Below, in pieces: positions 8,169 to 17,605 of a stretch of 64,000 bases of DNA. Under the pieces are notes generated by a model that saw nothing but the letters and a program-made list of their open reading frames with translations, did not search any database and was not told the origin of the DNA. The stretch is from a virus (taxonomy: Duplodnaviria; Caudoviricetes). Numbering within the stretch: position 1 is the first letter of the stretch; every line of letters begins with the position of its first letter. A program made the position numbers and the translations under genes. The stretch spans positions 870 through 64,869 of IMG/VR virus record IMGVR_UViG_3300011115_000183. One strand, 5' to 3'.

Positions 8169-8218
8169 ATAATAGGCGATGCAGAGTGAAAAGTCAATCA
8201 TTCCGGCAGGACACGGAA
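8169..8218 (-). promoter_or_regulatory. sigma70 promoter TTGACT-N17-TATTAT with degenerate operator copy 6 (8201-8218)
   Basis: Same geometry as 7259-7308. Confidence 0.85.
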
Positions 8219-8234
8219 CGTTAATTAAGCCTAT

Positions 8235-8630
8235 CCGACACCCCACCCCCCTAAACCACAATGAGCCTCTCCGCCCCTGCCTCCCCCCTCGAACATAAAC
8301 AAATAACCACTAAATTTTTCAAAATTTCACCCCAACTAATATGTCAAGTTAAGAAATGGCGACTTTCCGCCGTGTGTAATTCAGTTATACGTCAAGTCCC
8401 GCCAATTACACATGGCCCCTCATTTTAGCGCCTAACCCCTTGTCACCATTGAGTTTTTTGCCTAAAAGGTGCGGCAGCAAGCCGCTACTTATTGCCGGAT
8501 CTGAAGTACCCATGCGAATTACACAGGCTCACCCGTCCAAAAAGGTCAGGCCCACCCCCTATCGAATTACACATCCCGTAGTGGCATATTTAACTGCAAC
8601 AACCCCCCGGGTAGGATTCCTTACCTCCCC
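8235..8630. other. divergent non-coding region; probable genome terminus / packaging (pac/cos-like) site
   Basis: C-rich tracts and four AATTACACA nonamers (8373 inverted, 8404, 8517, 8565) directly upstream of the terminase genes. Confidence 0.55.
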
Positions 8631-8631
8631 T

Positions 8632-8661
8632 TTGCACAAAGATATATTTTTATGTTACATT
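8632..8661 (+). promoter_or_regulatory. putative late promoter TTGCAC-N18-TACATT with extended -10
   Basis: Located 28 bp before the first structural-arm gene. Confidence 0.5.
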
Positions 8662-8688
8662 TGCCTAACTGCCGGAGATTCCGCTTAC

Positions 8689-9252
8689 ATGTCAGAACAG
8701 ATAATGCCCTATATAGAGGAAAACATCCCTCTGCCCAAGAACGCCTCAGATGCGTTCCCAGATCTGTCCCCGTCTGAAGAACTCACCATGCGAGCCAACG
8801 TGGTGAAGCTGATGTCAGATTTGACAGGAACCGTCCTTGCCCCCACACAAGAGAACGCCGATCAGGCAAGAGAGATTGCTCGTAGCATGATCTCAGATCC
8901 GACGCTCAGACCTGACTTCTCTAAGTACCCCAATGAGACCCTTGCCATGCTTGCCGGTATGGTGGCTCAAATGAACGTGTCCATCGTTGAAGAGTTGTCT
9001 GACTTAAAGATGTATGTGGTCAACAAGCTGGTCGCAGAGATCGAAAGTGCCAAGGATGCCAAGACCAGAGTGGCAGCTCTGTCTAAATTAGGGGAGATTG
9101 ATGGCGTCGATGCCTTCAAGAAGCGCAGTGAAGTGACGCATAAGATCATGTCGATTGAGGAAGTTGAAAAGGAACTCTTGGAGACCCTCAACAAGCTTGA
9201 AGATAAAGCCATCGACATTGAGGCCCGCGAGATTGTCTTGCAAAAAGAATGA
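8689..9252 (+). CDS. probable terminase small subunit
   Basis: ATG 8689 with GGAG RBS; RVAALSKLG helical motif; ATGA overlap with the large subunit. Confidence 0.7.
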   Translation: MSEQIMPYIEENIPLPKNASDAFPDLSPSEELTMRANVVKLMSDLTGTVLAPTQENADQAREIARSMISDPTLRPDFSKYPNETLAMLAGMVAQMNVSIVEELSDLKMYVVNKLVAEIESAKDAKTRVAALSKLGEIDGVDAFKKRSEVTHKIMSIEEVEKELLETLNKLEDKAIDIEAREIVLQKE

Positions 9253-10775
9253 CAGCGCTTCCACAACTAACTCCAGAACAACTATTTACCCTGCGGGCGG
9301 CCCTGCCGACGATGCCCGAGAAGCAGAAAAGGCGCACTCTTGAGCTGCTGAAGACCTACGATGCCCAGATGACACAGACTTTGAGCAAGGAGAGCTTCCT
9401 TGACTTCGTCAAACACGTCTATCCGGGGTACAAAGTTGGCCCTCACCACCTGAAATTGGCCCAAATCTTCGAGGATATTGCCAACGGCAAGAAGAAAAGG
9501 GTGATTGTAAATATTGCACCTCGCCACGGCAAGTCAGAATTGATTTCATACCTTGCTCCAGCATGGTTTTTGGGTAAACATCCTCAGAAAAAGATCATCA
9601 TGGCCTCCCACACTGCCGATTTGGCAGTGAATTTCGGTCGGCGCGTGCGAAATTTGGTTGGAATGGAGACCTACAAGGACATTTTTCCGCAAGTTGAGCT
9701 ACAAGCTGACTCAAAATCGGCATCAAGATGGGGTACAAACTTCCATGGAGAATATTTCGCTATTGGTGTGGGTGGCGCTCTTGCTGGTCGAGGTGCTGAT
9801 CTGTTTATTATTGATGATCCTCATTCGGAACAAGACGCTAAAACTGGGCGAGCTGATGTTTTTCTTCCTGCTTGGGAGTGGTTCCAGTCTGGCCCTCTCC
9901 AGCGGCTTATGCCGGGCGGTGCAATCATTGTTGTGATGACTCGGTGGTCGAAACTGGACTTGACAGGGATGATTGTCAACCAGATGAACCGCGAAGAGGG
10001 TGTCGATCAGTGGGAAGTGGTCGAGTTTCCAGCGATTAAGCCCGATGGAGAGGCACTTTGGCCTGAGTTCTGGCCTGTAGAAGAGCTTTACGCCAAGAAA
10101 GCTGCGTTGGACGTGCGGTATTGGAATGCCCAATACATGCAGAACCCTGTATCAGAAGAGGGCGCTCTTATTAAGAGGGAGTGGTGGAAGATCTGGGAGA
10201 AGGAAGCCCCGCCACCGTGTGAGTTCACCATCATGAGTCTGGATGCGGCGCAGGAGGCATCAAACCGGTCGGATTACAACGCACTGACAGTATGGGGCGT
10301 CTTCTTCAATGAGGATACGAACAATTACGCGATCATTCTCTTAAACGCAATCAAGAAACGTCTGGAGTACCCAGAGCTTAAAGCGCTGGTGTTGGAGGAG
10401 TACAGAGAGTGGGAGCCAGATGCGTTCATGGTTGAGAAGAAATCTAACGGATCCGTGCTTTATCAAGAGATGCGCAGGATGGGCATACCCGTGGGGGAGT
10501 TCACTCCGGGCAAAGGGCAGGACAAGATCGCCCGTGTCAACGCGGTCTCAAGTTTGTTCCAAGGGGGCGTGGTCTATGCGCCGGACAGACGATGGGCAAA
10601 GGATGTCATAGAAGAATGCAACGACTTCCCTAGCGGAACGAACGATGACTTGGTAGACTCCACGACACTGGCTCTGTTGAGATTCCGGCAGGGTGGCTTT
10701 ATTCGTCTGGAGACCGATGAGCCAGAAGACAATTTCGTCAAGAAGATGTTCCGCAAAAAAGCGGCGTACTATTGA
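9249..10775 (+). CDS. terL: terminase large subunit
   Basis: Walker A IAPRHGKS, Walker B FIIDDP, VVMTRW coupling motif, nuclease residues SLD and NDDLVDS. Confidence 0.97.
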   Translation: MTALPQLTPEQLFTLRAALPTMPEKQKRRTLELLKTYDAQMTQTLSKESFLDFVKHVYPGYKVGPHHLKLAQIFEDIANGKKKRVIVNIAPRHGKSELISYLAPAWFLGKHPQKKIIMASHTADLAVNFGRRVRNLVGMETYKDIFPQVELQADSKSASRWGTNFHGEYFAIGVGGALAGRGADLFIIDDPHSEQDAKTGRADVFLPAWEWFQSGPLQRLMPGGAIIVVMTRWSKLDLTGMIVNQMNREEGVDQWEVVEFPAIKPDGEALWPEFWPVEELYAKKAALDVRYWNAQYMQNPVSEEGALIKREWWKIWEKEAPPPCEFTIMSLDAAQEASNRSDYNALTVWGVFFNEDTNNYAIILLNAIKKRLEYPELKALVLEEYREWEPDAFMVEKKSNGSVLYQEMRRMGIPVGEFTPGKGQDKIARVNAVSSLFQGGVVYAPDRRWAKDVIEECNDFPSGTNDDLVDSTTLALLRFRQGGFIRLETDEPEDNFVKKMFRKKAAYY

Positions 10776-10783
10776 GGACTCAC

Positions 10784-11047
10784 ATGACTACACAGAAGTT
10801 TATGGGACGCAATCAGTTAGTTGACCGGCTTGCAGCGCAAGTGGGTAACAAGGACACGGCGATTGCCATACTTAAGAAGCGTGGGCAGATGGACGCAAAT
10901 GGGGAACTGACAGCAGCAGGACAGAAACGTAATGCAATGACTGCTGAGGAGCGGGCAAAAGATCGTGCAGCAAAAAGCACAGGTCATCCCACAAAGGACT
11001 TCACATATTCAGCCCGTACAAACCGGGCAACTCTAAAGGGTAGATGA
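10784..11047 (+). CDS. small basic hypothetical protein
   Basis: GAGGA RBS; lies between terL and portal. Confidence 0.75.
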   Translation: MTTQKFMGRNQLVDRLAAQVGNKDTAIAILKKRGQMDANGELTAAGQKRNAMTAEERAKDRAAKSTGHPTKDFTYSARTNRATLKGR

Positions 11048-13569
11048 TGGCAACAAACATGGACAAATCAGTCTATACAGACGCACCTCAGGGCTTGGAG
11101 CAACTCGGTGAGGAAGAAGAGCCGATTGAGATCACGATCGAAGACCCAGAGGCTGTAAATATTAAAGGCCCGGGCTTTGAGATTGATATGGAGAAGTCTG
11201 AGGAAGAAGACGACTTCGACAATAACTTAGCTGAAGAGATGAGCGAGGACGAGTTGGTGCGCTTATCTGGGGATCTCCTTGGCGAGTATGAGGCAGATGT
11301 CTCTAGTCGGAAAGATTGGATACAGACTTACGTCGATGGCCTCGAGTTGCTGGGTATGAAGATCGAAGAACGTATGGAGCCGTGGCCCGGCGCATGTGGC
11401 GTGTACCACCCGATCCTGAGTGAGTCCGTGGTCAAGTTCCAAGCTGAGACCATGATGAGTACTTTTCCGGCGGCGGGGCCTGTCAAAACACAGATTATTG
11501 GCAAAGAGACACCGGATAAAAAGAAAGCGGCTGAGCGAGTGCAGGTAGATATGAACTACCAACTGACAGACGTGATGAAGGAATTCCGGCCTGAGCATGA
11601 GCGTATGTTGTGGGGCTTGGGTCTGGCAGGCAACTCATTCAAGAAGGTGTACTTTGATCCCAGCTTGGGTCGTCAAGTCTCTATGTATGTGCCAGCCGAG
11701 GACGTGGTTGTGCCGTACGGGGCTTCAAGTTTGGACTCTGCGGAACGTGTAACTCACGTGATGCGCAAGACAGCCAACGAGTTGAAACGTCTCCAACATG
11801 AGGGTTTTTACCGAGACATTGACTTAGGTGATCCAGTCAACGTCATGGACGAAGTGGAGAAGAAGATTGCTGAGAAGCTGGGCTTTAGAGCATCTGAGGA
11901 TGACCGCTTCAAGCTCTTAGAGATGCAGGTCGAGATGGACTTGCCCGGCTATGAGCATACAGATGATGATGGAAACGAGACAGGTATTGCACTGCCATAC
12001 ATCGTGACTATCGAGAAGAGTTCAGGTAATGTGTTAGCGATCCGCAGAAACTGGAGACCAGAAGATGAGCAGTGTCACAAGCGTACTCACTTTGTTCATT
12101 ACGGCTATATCCCGGGCTTTGGCTTCTACTGTTTTGGCCTTATTCATCTTATTGGTGCTTTTGCCAAGTCTGGCACTTCTATCCTTCGTCAGTTGGTTGA
12201 TGCTGGAACTTTATCGAATCTACCCGGCGGTTTTAAGACGCGAGGACTTCGCTCCAAAGGAGACGACACACCGATAAGTCCCGGGGAGTTCCGTGATATG
12301 GATGTCCCAAGTGGCTCCATCCGCGACAACATCATGCCGCTGCCATACAAAGAACCGAGTCAAGTTCTGGCTGCTCTTCTCCAGACAATCATTGATGAAG
12401 GCCGCAAGTTTGCTGGCACTGTTGACTTGCAAGTCTCTGACATGTCGGCTCAGTCCCCAGTAGGGACAACGCTGGCTATTCTTGAGCGTCAACTCAAGAC
12501 CATGAGTGCGATTCAGGCGCGTATCCATTACTCGATGAAGCAAGAGTTCAAGTTGCTCAAAGACATCATCCGCGATTACACCCCAGCAGACTACAGCTAC
12601 GAGCCAGAAGAAGGCGGTCGTCACGCTAAGCAGAGTGATTACGACTATGTTGAAGTGATTCCAGTCAGCGATCCCAACGCAGCGACGATGGCTCAGAAAG
12701 TTATTCAGTATCAGGCGGCTCTTCAGTTGGCCCAGACTGCGCCTCAGTTGTACGACCTACCCCAGCTTCACAGGCAGATGTTGGAAGTGATCGGCATCAA
12801 GAACTACCAGAAGCTTGTGCCAATGGCAGAAGATATGAAGCCGCGTGACCCCGTCACTGAGAACATGAACATCCTCTCCAACAAGCCGGTCAAGGCATTC
12901 TTGTATCAGGATCACAAGGCACACATCGCTGTTCACATGGCTGGTATGCAGGATCCCCACGTCCAAGAGTTGGTGGGTCAGAACCCTCAAGCAGCGCAGA
13001 TGTTGCAGGCAGCGATGTCGGCTCACATTGGGGAGCATTTGGGTATGGAGTACCGCAAGGAGATCGAACAACGGATGGGTATTCCGCTTCCTCCTTACAA
13101 CGAGGAGAAAGACGAAGTTGAGATGTCTCCTGAGGTTGAGGTTCAAGTATCTCAGTTGGCAGCGCAAGCAGCACAGCAGTTGTTGCAGCAGCACCAGCAA
13201 GAGTCTCAGCAGAAGAAAGCCCAGCAACAAGCTCAGGATCCGCTCATTCAGTTACAGCAACAAGAGTTGCAGCTCAAGCAGGGCGACTTGCAGCGTAAGT
13301 CTCAGAAAGACATGGCTGATATGCAGGCCAAGATGGCTCAGATCCAAGTTGAGATGAAACGTATTGAGGCCAACCAAGAGACTGAGGGAGCCAAGATTGC
13401 AATGCAGCAGGCCAACAATGAAGCGCAGCGTGCGCATCAGCATCAGTCCGAAGGTTTCCGTACAGGCATGGACATGGTCAGGCAACGTGAACAGTTGACG
13501 CATCAAGGTAAGCAACAAGATAGACAGATGCGAAATCAAATTCAACAGACACCAAAGAAAGGTGAATGA
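11044..13569 (+). CDS. portal protein (P22-like) with Gln-rich C-terminal coiled coil
   Basis: 841 aa after terL; SRKDW, PWPGACGVYHP, RQLVDAGTLSNLPGG motifs. Confidence 0.9.
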   Translation: MMATNMDKSVYTDAPQGLEQLGEEEEPIEITIEDPEAVNIKGPGFEIDMEKSEEEDDFDNNLAEEMSEDELVRLSGDLLGEYEADVSSRKDWIQTYVDGLELLGMKIEERMEPWPGACGVYHPILSESVVKFQAETMMSTFPAAGPVKTQIIGKETPDKKKAAERVQVDMNYQLTDVMKEFRPEHERMLWGLGLAGNSFKKVYFDPSLGRQVSMYVPAEDVVVPYGASSLDSAERVTHVMRKTANELKRLQHEGFYRDIDLGDPVNVMDEVEKKIAEKLGFRASEDDRFKLLEMQVEMDLPGYEHTDDDGNETGIALPYIVTIEKSSGNVLAIRRNWRPEDEQCHKRTHFVHYGYIPGFGFYCFGLIHLIGAFAKSGTSILRQLVDAGTLSNLPGGFKTRGLRSKGDDTPISPGEFRDMDVPSGSIRDNIMPLPYKEPSQVLAALLQTIIDEGRKFAGTVDLQVSDMSAQSPVGTTLAILERQLKTMSAIQARIHYSMKQEFKLLKDIIRDYTPADYSYEPEEGGRHAKQSDYDYVEVIPVSDPNAATMAQKVIQYQAALQLAQTAPQLYDLPQLHRQMLEVIGIKNYQKLVPMAEDMKPRDPVTENMNILSNKPVKAFLYQDHKAHIAVHMAGMQDPHVQELVGQNPQAAQMLQAAMSAHIGEHLGMEYRKEIEQRMGIPLPPYNEEKDEVEMSPEVEVQVSQLAAQAAQQLLQQHQQESQQKKAQQQAQDPLIQLQQQELQLKQGDLQRKSQKDMADMQAKMAQIQVEMKRIEANQETEGAKIAMQQANNEAQRAHQHQSEGFRTGMDMVRQREQLTHQGKQQDRQMRNQIQQTPKKGE

Positions 13570-13772
13570 TGTCGTACGAAGTAAAACAAGCGCTGGATTA
13601 CACGGCGAAACAAATTGACGAGAAAGTCAAACAACTCGAAGATGCTTTGGGGGCGCGAGCCGCTAAGTCATACGACGAGTACTGCGGGATGTGTGGGGAA
13701 ATTACAGGTCTGCTCACCGCTCGTAGATACATCACAGACCTGACGAAAAACATGGAGAACTCGGATGAGTGA
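13566..13772 (+). CDS. small helical protein (Y...CGEITGL) conserved after portal
   Basis: Coupled ORF; synteny. Confidence 0.8.
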   Translation: MMSYEVKQALDYTAKQIDEKVKQLEDALGARAAKSYDEYCGMCGEITGLLTARRYITDLTKNMENSDE

Positions 13773-14178
13773 AACCTTAGATCTTGGACTGGCAGTCGAT
13801 TTATCGGCAATCATGCACAAGAAAGCGGAAGAGAAAGCAAAGCAACTACCCAAGCCCTCAGGCTACAAAATCTTGTGCGCAGTGCCGGAGCAAGACGAGG
13901 AAATTGAAGGTAGCGAAATTGGGTTGGTAAAAGCGGCAGAGACCATCCGATACGACGAACTGCTCACCACAGTTTTGTTTGTTGTCGAGCTTGGCCCCGA
14001 CTGCTATATGGACAAGGCGAAGTTTCCAACCGGGCCTTGGTGTCAAAAAGGTGATTTTGTATTGACTAGACCCAATGCAGGCTCACGTTTACTCATCCAC
14101 GGACGAGAGTTCCGCATCATCAACGACGATTCAGTCGAGGGTACTGTAGAAGATCCCCGTGGCGTCAAACGCAAATAA
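13765..14178 (+). CDS. GroES-like co-chaperonin
   Basis: LPKPSGYKIL, VVELGPDCY, GDFV, EFRIINDDSV follow the GroES beta-barrel pattern. Confidence 0.8.
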   Translation: MSETLDLGLAVDLSAIMHKKAEEKAKQLPKPSGYKILCAVPEQDEEIEGSEIGLVKAAETIRYDELLTTVLFVVELGPDCYMDKAKFPTGPWCQKGDFVLTRPNAGSRLLIHGREFRIINDDSVEGTVEDPRGVKRK

Positions 14179-14187
14179 GGAGCGTAC

Positions 14188-15168
14188 ATGTCAAGATTTG
14201 GTGGTGAATACAAGTTCCCTGATGAACTTGAAAACGAAAAAGCCCAAGAGGTAGACATCCAAATTGAGGAAGATGAAGTCGAAGTCGAAGTAAAAATCGT
14301 CGATGACACCCCTCAAGAGGATCAATTTGCAACACCTCCTTTGGATGAAAACACACAGCAAGAATTAGAAGCTGCTGATGAGTCTGAGGAATATACAAAA
14401 AACGTAAAGGTCAAGTTCAAGCAATACAAGAAGGCTTGGCATGACGAACGTCGAGCAAAAGAATCAGCCCTTCGGGAACAACAAGAGGCGCTGACAGTTG
14501 CTGAACGAATCTTAGATGAGAATAAAAGACTCAAGTCTATGATTCATACGGGCGAGAAAGAATTAATTTCTACGTACCAGACTTCTGCGGAGATGGAACT
14601 TGACAAAGCTGAGCGGAATTACAGGGAGGCTTATGACTCCGGCGATTCTGACAAGGTTTTGGCAGCCCAGAAAGAGTTAGTTCGGGCAGAAATGAAGCTT
14701 GATAAAGCAAAAAATTTCAAGCCTACTGTACAAACTCAAGAAAATGATGTACAAACTACCCAAACTAACCAGCCTGCAAGTCAGCAGATGGATCCTAAGG
14801 TCGCTAACTGGGTCTCGAAAAACCCGTGGTTCGTAGACCGACACAAGTTGGCGATGCGCAAATTTGCTGAAGGAGTCCACGAAGAGCTTGCAGACCGGTA
14901 CGGGCGTGGATACATAGGTACTGACGAGTATTACGGCAGTATTGACAAAGAAGTCAGACGCAGATTTCCAGAAGAATTCGCGGCTGCTACAAACAACGTA
15001 GAGGAAGAAAAACCTCAACGTACGAAACCAAGCACAGTTGTTGCACCAGCTAAACGTAGTACTGCCCCTAAACAGGTTGTGCTTACTAAGACGCAGATTG
15101 CCTTGGCTAAAAAACTCAAATTAACCCCCGAGCAGTACGCACGGGCACAAATGGCATTGGAGAATTAA
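14188..15168 (+). CDS. capsid scaffolding protein
   Basis: Acidic N-terminus, coiled coil, WVSKNPWF, C-terminal LTKTQIALAKKLKLTPEQYAR. Confidence 0.8.
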   Translation: MSRFGGEYKFPDELENEKAQEVDIQIEEDEVEVEVKIVDDTPQEDQFATPPLDENTQQELEAADESEEYTKNVKVKFKQYKKAWHDERRAKESALREQQEALTVAERILDENKRLKSMIHTGEKELISTYQTSAEMELDKAERNYREAYDSGDSDKVLAAQKELVRAEMKLDKAKNFKPTVQTQENDVQTTQTNQPASQQMDPKVANWVSKNPWFVDRHKLAMRKFAEGVHEELADRYGRGYIGTDEYYGSIDKEVRRRFPEEFAAATNNVEEEKPQRTKPSTVVAPAKRSTAPKQVVLTKTQIALAKKLKLTPEQYARAQMALEN

Positions 15169-15170
15169 TC

Positions 15171-15638
15171 ATGGCAACAGAAGTCAAAGCAACGGACAGC
15201 AGACTGTCGCGCGAAATGCAGAATAGAGAAACGCAGGCACGTCCTAAACAATGGATGGCAGCAGAAGCTCTTCCCGAACCTGATAAAGAGCCGGGATATG
15301 TATACAGATGGGTGAGGGTTTCTACTTTGGACAAGGTAGACCAACGCAACATTACCGGCAAGTTCCGGGAAGGTTGGGAGCCTGTTGCAGTCGAAGAGCA
15401 ACCTAAGTTTCGCATGATGATCGACCCCGATAGTCGATTTAAAAATAATATCGAAATTGGTGGGTTATTGCTTTGCAAAACTCCAATTGAGCTTCAGGAG
15501 CAGCGTAGTCAACACTTCGCTGAACATACTAGGGCGCAAGCGGAAGCTGTAGACAATAGCCTAATGCGCCAAAGTGATCCAAGGATGCCACTCTTCAAAG
15601 AGAACAAGTCCTCAGTGAGCTTTGGTAAAGGTACATAA
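15171..15638 (+). CDS. conserved head-module protein (YRWVR...GWEPV...GGLLLCK)
   Basis: Motifs and position between scaffold and capsid genes. Confidence 0.8.
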   Translation: MATEVKATDSRLSREMQNRETQARPKQWMAAEALPEPDKEPGYVYRWVRVSTLDKVDQRNITGKFREGWEPVAVEEQPKFRMMIDPDSRFKNNIEIGGLLLCKTPIELQEQRSQHFAEHTRAQAEAVDNSLMRQSDPRMPLFKENKSSVSFGKGT

Positions 15639-15652
15639 TTCAGGAGTCTTAA

Positions 15653-16549
15653 ATGCCTTATCCTACGGTTTCGGCCCCCTACGGTCTAAAACCGATCAAT
15701 CTGATCGGAGGTCAGGTCTTTGCGGGTTCTACTCGCAACATTCCTATTCAATATGGCTATGCCACAAACATCTTCTACGGCGATTTTGTCAACATCACCC
15801 GTGGTTTGGTCACCCGTTTGGCAGTTACTGATGGTGGCTCTGCTACTACCGGTGCTGTTGGCTACGGTAACGTCGGCATCTTTTTGGGCGTGTCTTACAC
15901 CAACCCACTGACTAAGCAAAAGCAGTTTAGCCAGTACTGGCCCGCCTCGACTTTGGCTGGTGACGCAGTTGCTATCGTGACTGATGATCCTGATACCATT
16001 TTCAAAGCTGCTGTGGTTACTACTCAAGGTGGTACAACAGTCGGTTCTGCTGCCCGTTCTATGGTTGGCTTGAACATGACTGTGTCTAACTTGGCTGGTT
16101 CACCTAATACCGGTAACTCTTCTAACGGTATCTTGGCAAGTTCTGCCGCTACTACTGCTACACTTCCCGTGCGCATCATCGACGTCGTTCCTGACACCGC
16201 TGTTGCTTTGGGTACTGCTGTGTGGTCAAGTGGTACAACTACCCTGACTGTTGGTAGCTCAAACTTCTCAGCATTACCTGTTGGTACAGACGTTTCAATC
16301 CTTGCATCTAATGGACAGCAGATCTTGACTGGTAACTGGGTTTCTACAGCCGCAGCCGCTAACGCAACCACTGTGGTAGTCAATCAACAGTACGCCGTAG
16401 CTAACGCTGGCGGTGCAGCTATGACATTGACCGCTATTCCAGCAAGTTCGACATTGGTGTTTACGCAGTACACAGAAGTTTTGGTGAAAATCAACTTCGG
16501 TGTGCACTCGTATTACAACGCCACTGGCGCTCAGTCTTCTGCCGTCTAA
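15653..16549 (+). CDS. capsid decoration / minor capsid protein
   Basis: APYGLKPI, IFYGD, VTDDPD motifs; Thr/Ala-rich; precedes the MCP. Confidence 0.7.
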   Translation: MPYPTVSAPYGLKPINLIGGQVFAGSTRNIPIQYGYATNIFYGDFVNITRGLVTRLAVTDGGSATTGAVGYGNVGIFLGVSYTNPLTKQKQFSQYWPASTLAGDAVAIVTDDPDTIFKAAVVTTQGGTTVGSAARSMVGLNMTVSNLAGSPNTGNSSNGILASSAATTATLPVRIIDVVPDTAVALGTAVWSSGTTTLTVGSSNFSALPVGTDVSILASNGQQILTGNWVSTAAAANATTVVVNQQYAVANAGGAAMTLTAIPASSTLVFTQYTEVLVKINFGVHSYYNATGAQSSAV

Positions 16550-16561
16550 GGAGTAATATAA

Positions 16562-17473
16562 ATGGCTATTTCACGTGCACAACTACTTAAAGAACTCCTT
16601 CCCGGCTTGAACGCTTTGTTTGGTTTGGAATATGCTCGCTACGGTGAAGAACATAAAGAAATTTATGAAATCGAAACCTCTGAGCGTTCTTTTGAAGAAG
16701 AAACGAAACTGTCTGGTTTCTCCGCTGCTCCTGTCAAAAACGAGGGTTCTGCCATCGCTTATGACAATGCACAGGAAGCATGGACTGCTCGCTACAACCA
16801 CGAAACCATTGCTTTGGGTTTCTCACTGACCGAAGAGGCCATTGAGGACAACTTGTATGACAGCTTGTCTGCTCGCTACACCAAAGGTCTGGCCCGTGCT
16901 ATGGCATATACCAAGCAGGTTAAATCTGCTGCTGTTCTGAATAACGGTTTCTCTGCCCAGTTTGTTGGCGGCGACGGCGTTGCTCTGTTTAGCACTTCTC
17001 ACCCGCTGGTCAACGGTGGTGTCAACGCCAACACTCCATCTACTCAAGCCGACTTGAACGAGACTTCCTTGGAAGCCGCCGTGATTGCTATCGCTGCTTG
17101 GACAGATGAGCGCGGCTTGTTGATCGCTGCTAAACCCAAGAAGTTGATTATTCCTCCTGCATTGCAGTTCGTGGCTACCCGCCTGTTGGAAACCAGCCTG
17201 CGTGTTGGTACAAACAACAACGATATCAATGCAATCAAGAATAACGGTTCGATTCCAGAAGGTTATACCCAAAACCACTATCTGACCGATACCAACGCTT
17301 GGTTCCTGACCACAGACGTACCTAACGGTATGAAGATGTTCGTTCGTACTCCGCTGGCTAACAGCATGGACGGCGACTTTGACACCGGTAACGTGCGTTA
17401 CAAGTCCCGCGAACGTTATTCGTTTGGCTTCTCTGACCCATTGGGAATGTTCGGCTCGTCCGGTTCATTCTGA
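16562..17473 (+). CDS. major capsid protein (Mu gpT-like)
   Basis: MAISRAQLLKELLPGLNALFGLEY N-terminus; strong TAAGGAG RBS; biased codon usage; terminator follows. Confidence 0.95.
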   Translation: MAISRAQLLKELLPGLNALFGLEYARYGEEHKEIYEIETSERSFEEETKLSGFSAAPVKNEGSAIAYDNAQEAWTARYNHETIALGFSLTEEAIEDNLYDSLSARYTKGLARAMAYTKQVKSAAVLNNGFSAQFVGGDGVALFSTSHPLVNGGVNANTPSTQADLNETSLEAAVIAIAAWTDERGLLIAAKPKKLIIPPALQFVATRLLETSLRVGTNNNDINAIKNNGSIPEGYTQNHYLTDTNAWFLTTDVPNGMKMFVRTPLANSMDGDFDTGNVRYKSRERYSFGFSDPLGMFGSSGSF

Positions 17474-17475
17474 CG

Positions 17476-17505
17476 AAAAGGGGGCCTTGTGCCCCCTTTT
17501 CTTTT
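17476..17505 (+). terminator. intrinsic terminator overlapping a promoter (TTGTGC 17487 - N17 - TATATT 17510)
   Basis: AAAAGGGGGC/GCCCCCTTTT stem plus T-tract. Confidence 0.85.
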
Positions 17506-17521
17506 GGTGTATATTGCTCAC

Positions 17522-17600
17522 ATCTGGGTGATCTGCTTTTACCGCCACTGCCCCAGCAGACGATGCAACGATTGGTAAAAGCTCTTTTGCATAAGGACTA
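17522..17600 (+). ncRNA. pseudoknotted leader RNA downstream of MCP; probably the Mu-gpT-DE RNA motif class
   Basis: Crossing pairings CTGGG/CCCAG, GCTTTTACC/GGTAAAAGC, ATGCAA/TTGCAT next to the SD; position directly after a gpT-like MCP. Confidence 0.6.
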
Positions 17601-17605
17601 TTGTC

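Noticed and set aside
8440-8688. N-terminal extension of the TerS ORF from TTG 8440
   Set aside because: The RBS and promoter point to ATG 8689; the extension crosses the repeat-containing terminal region.
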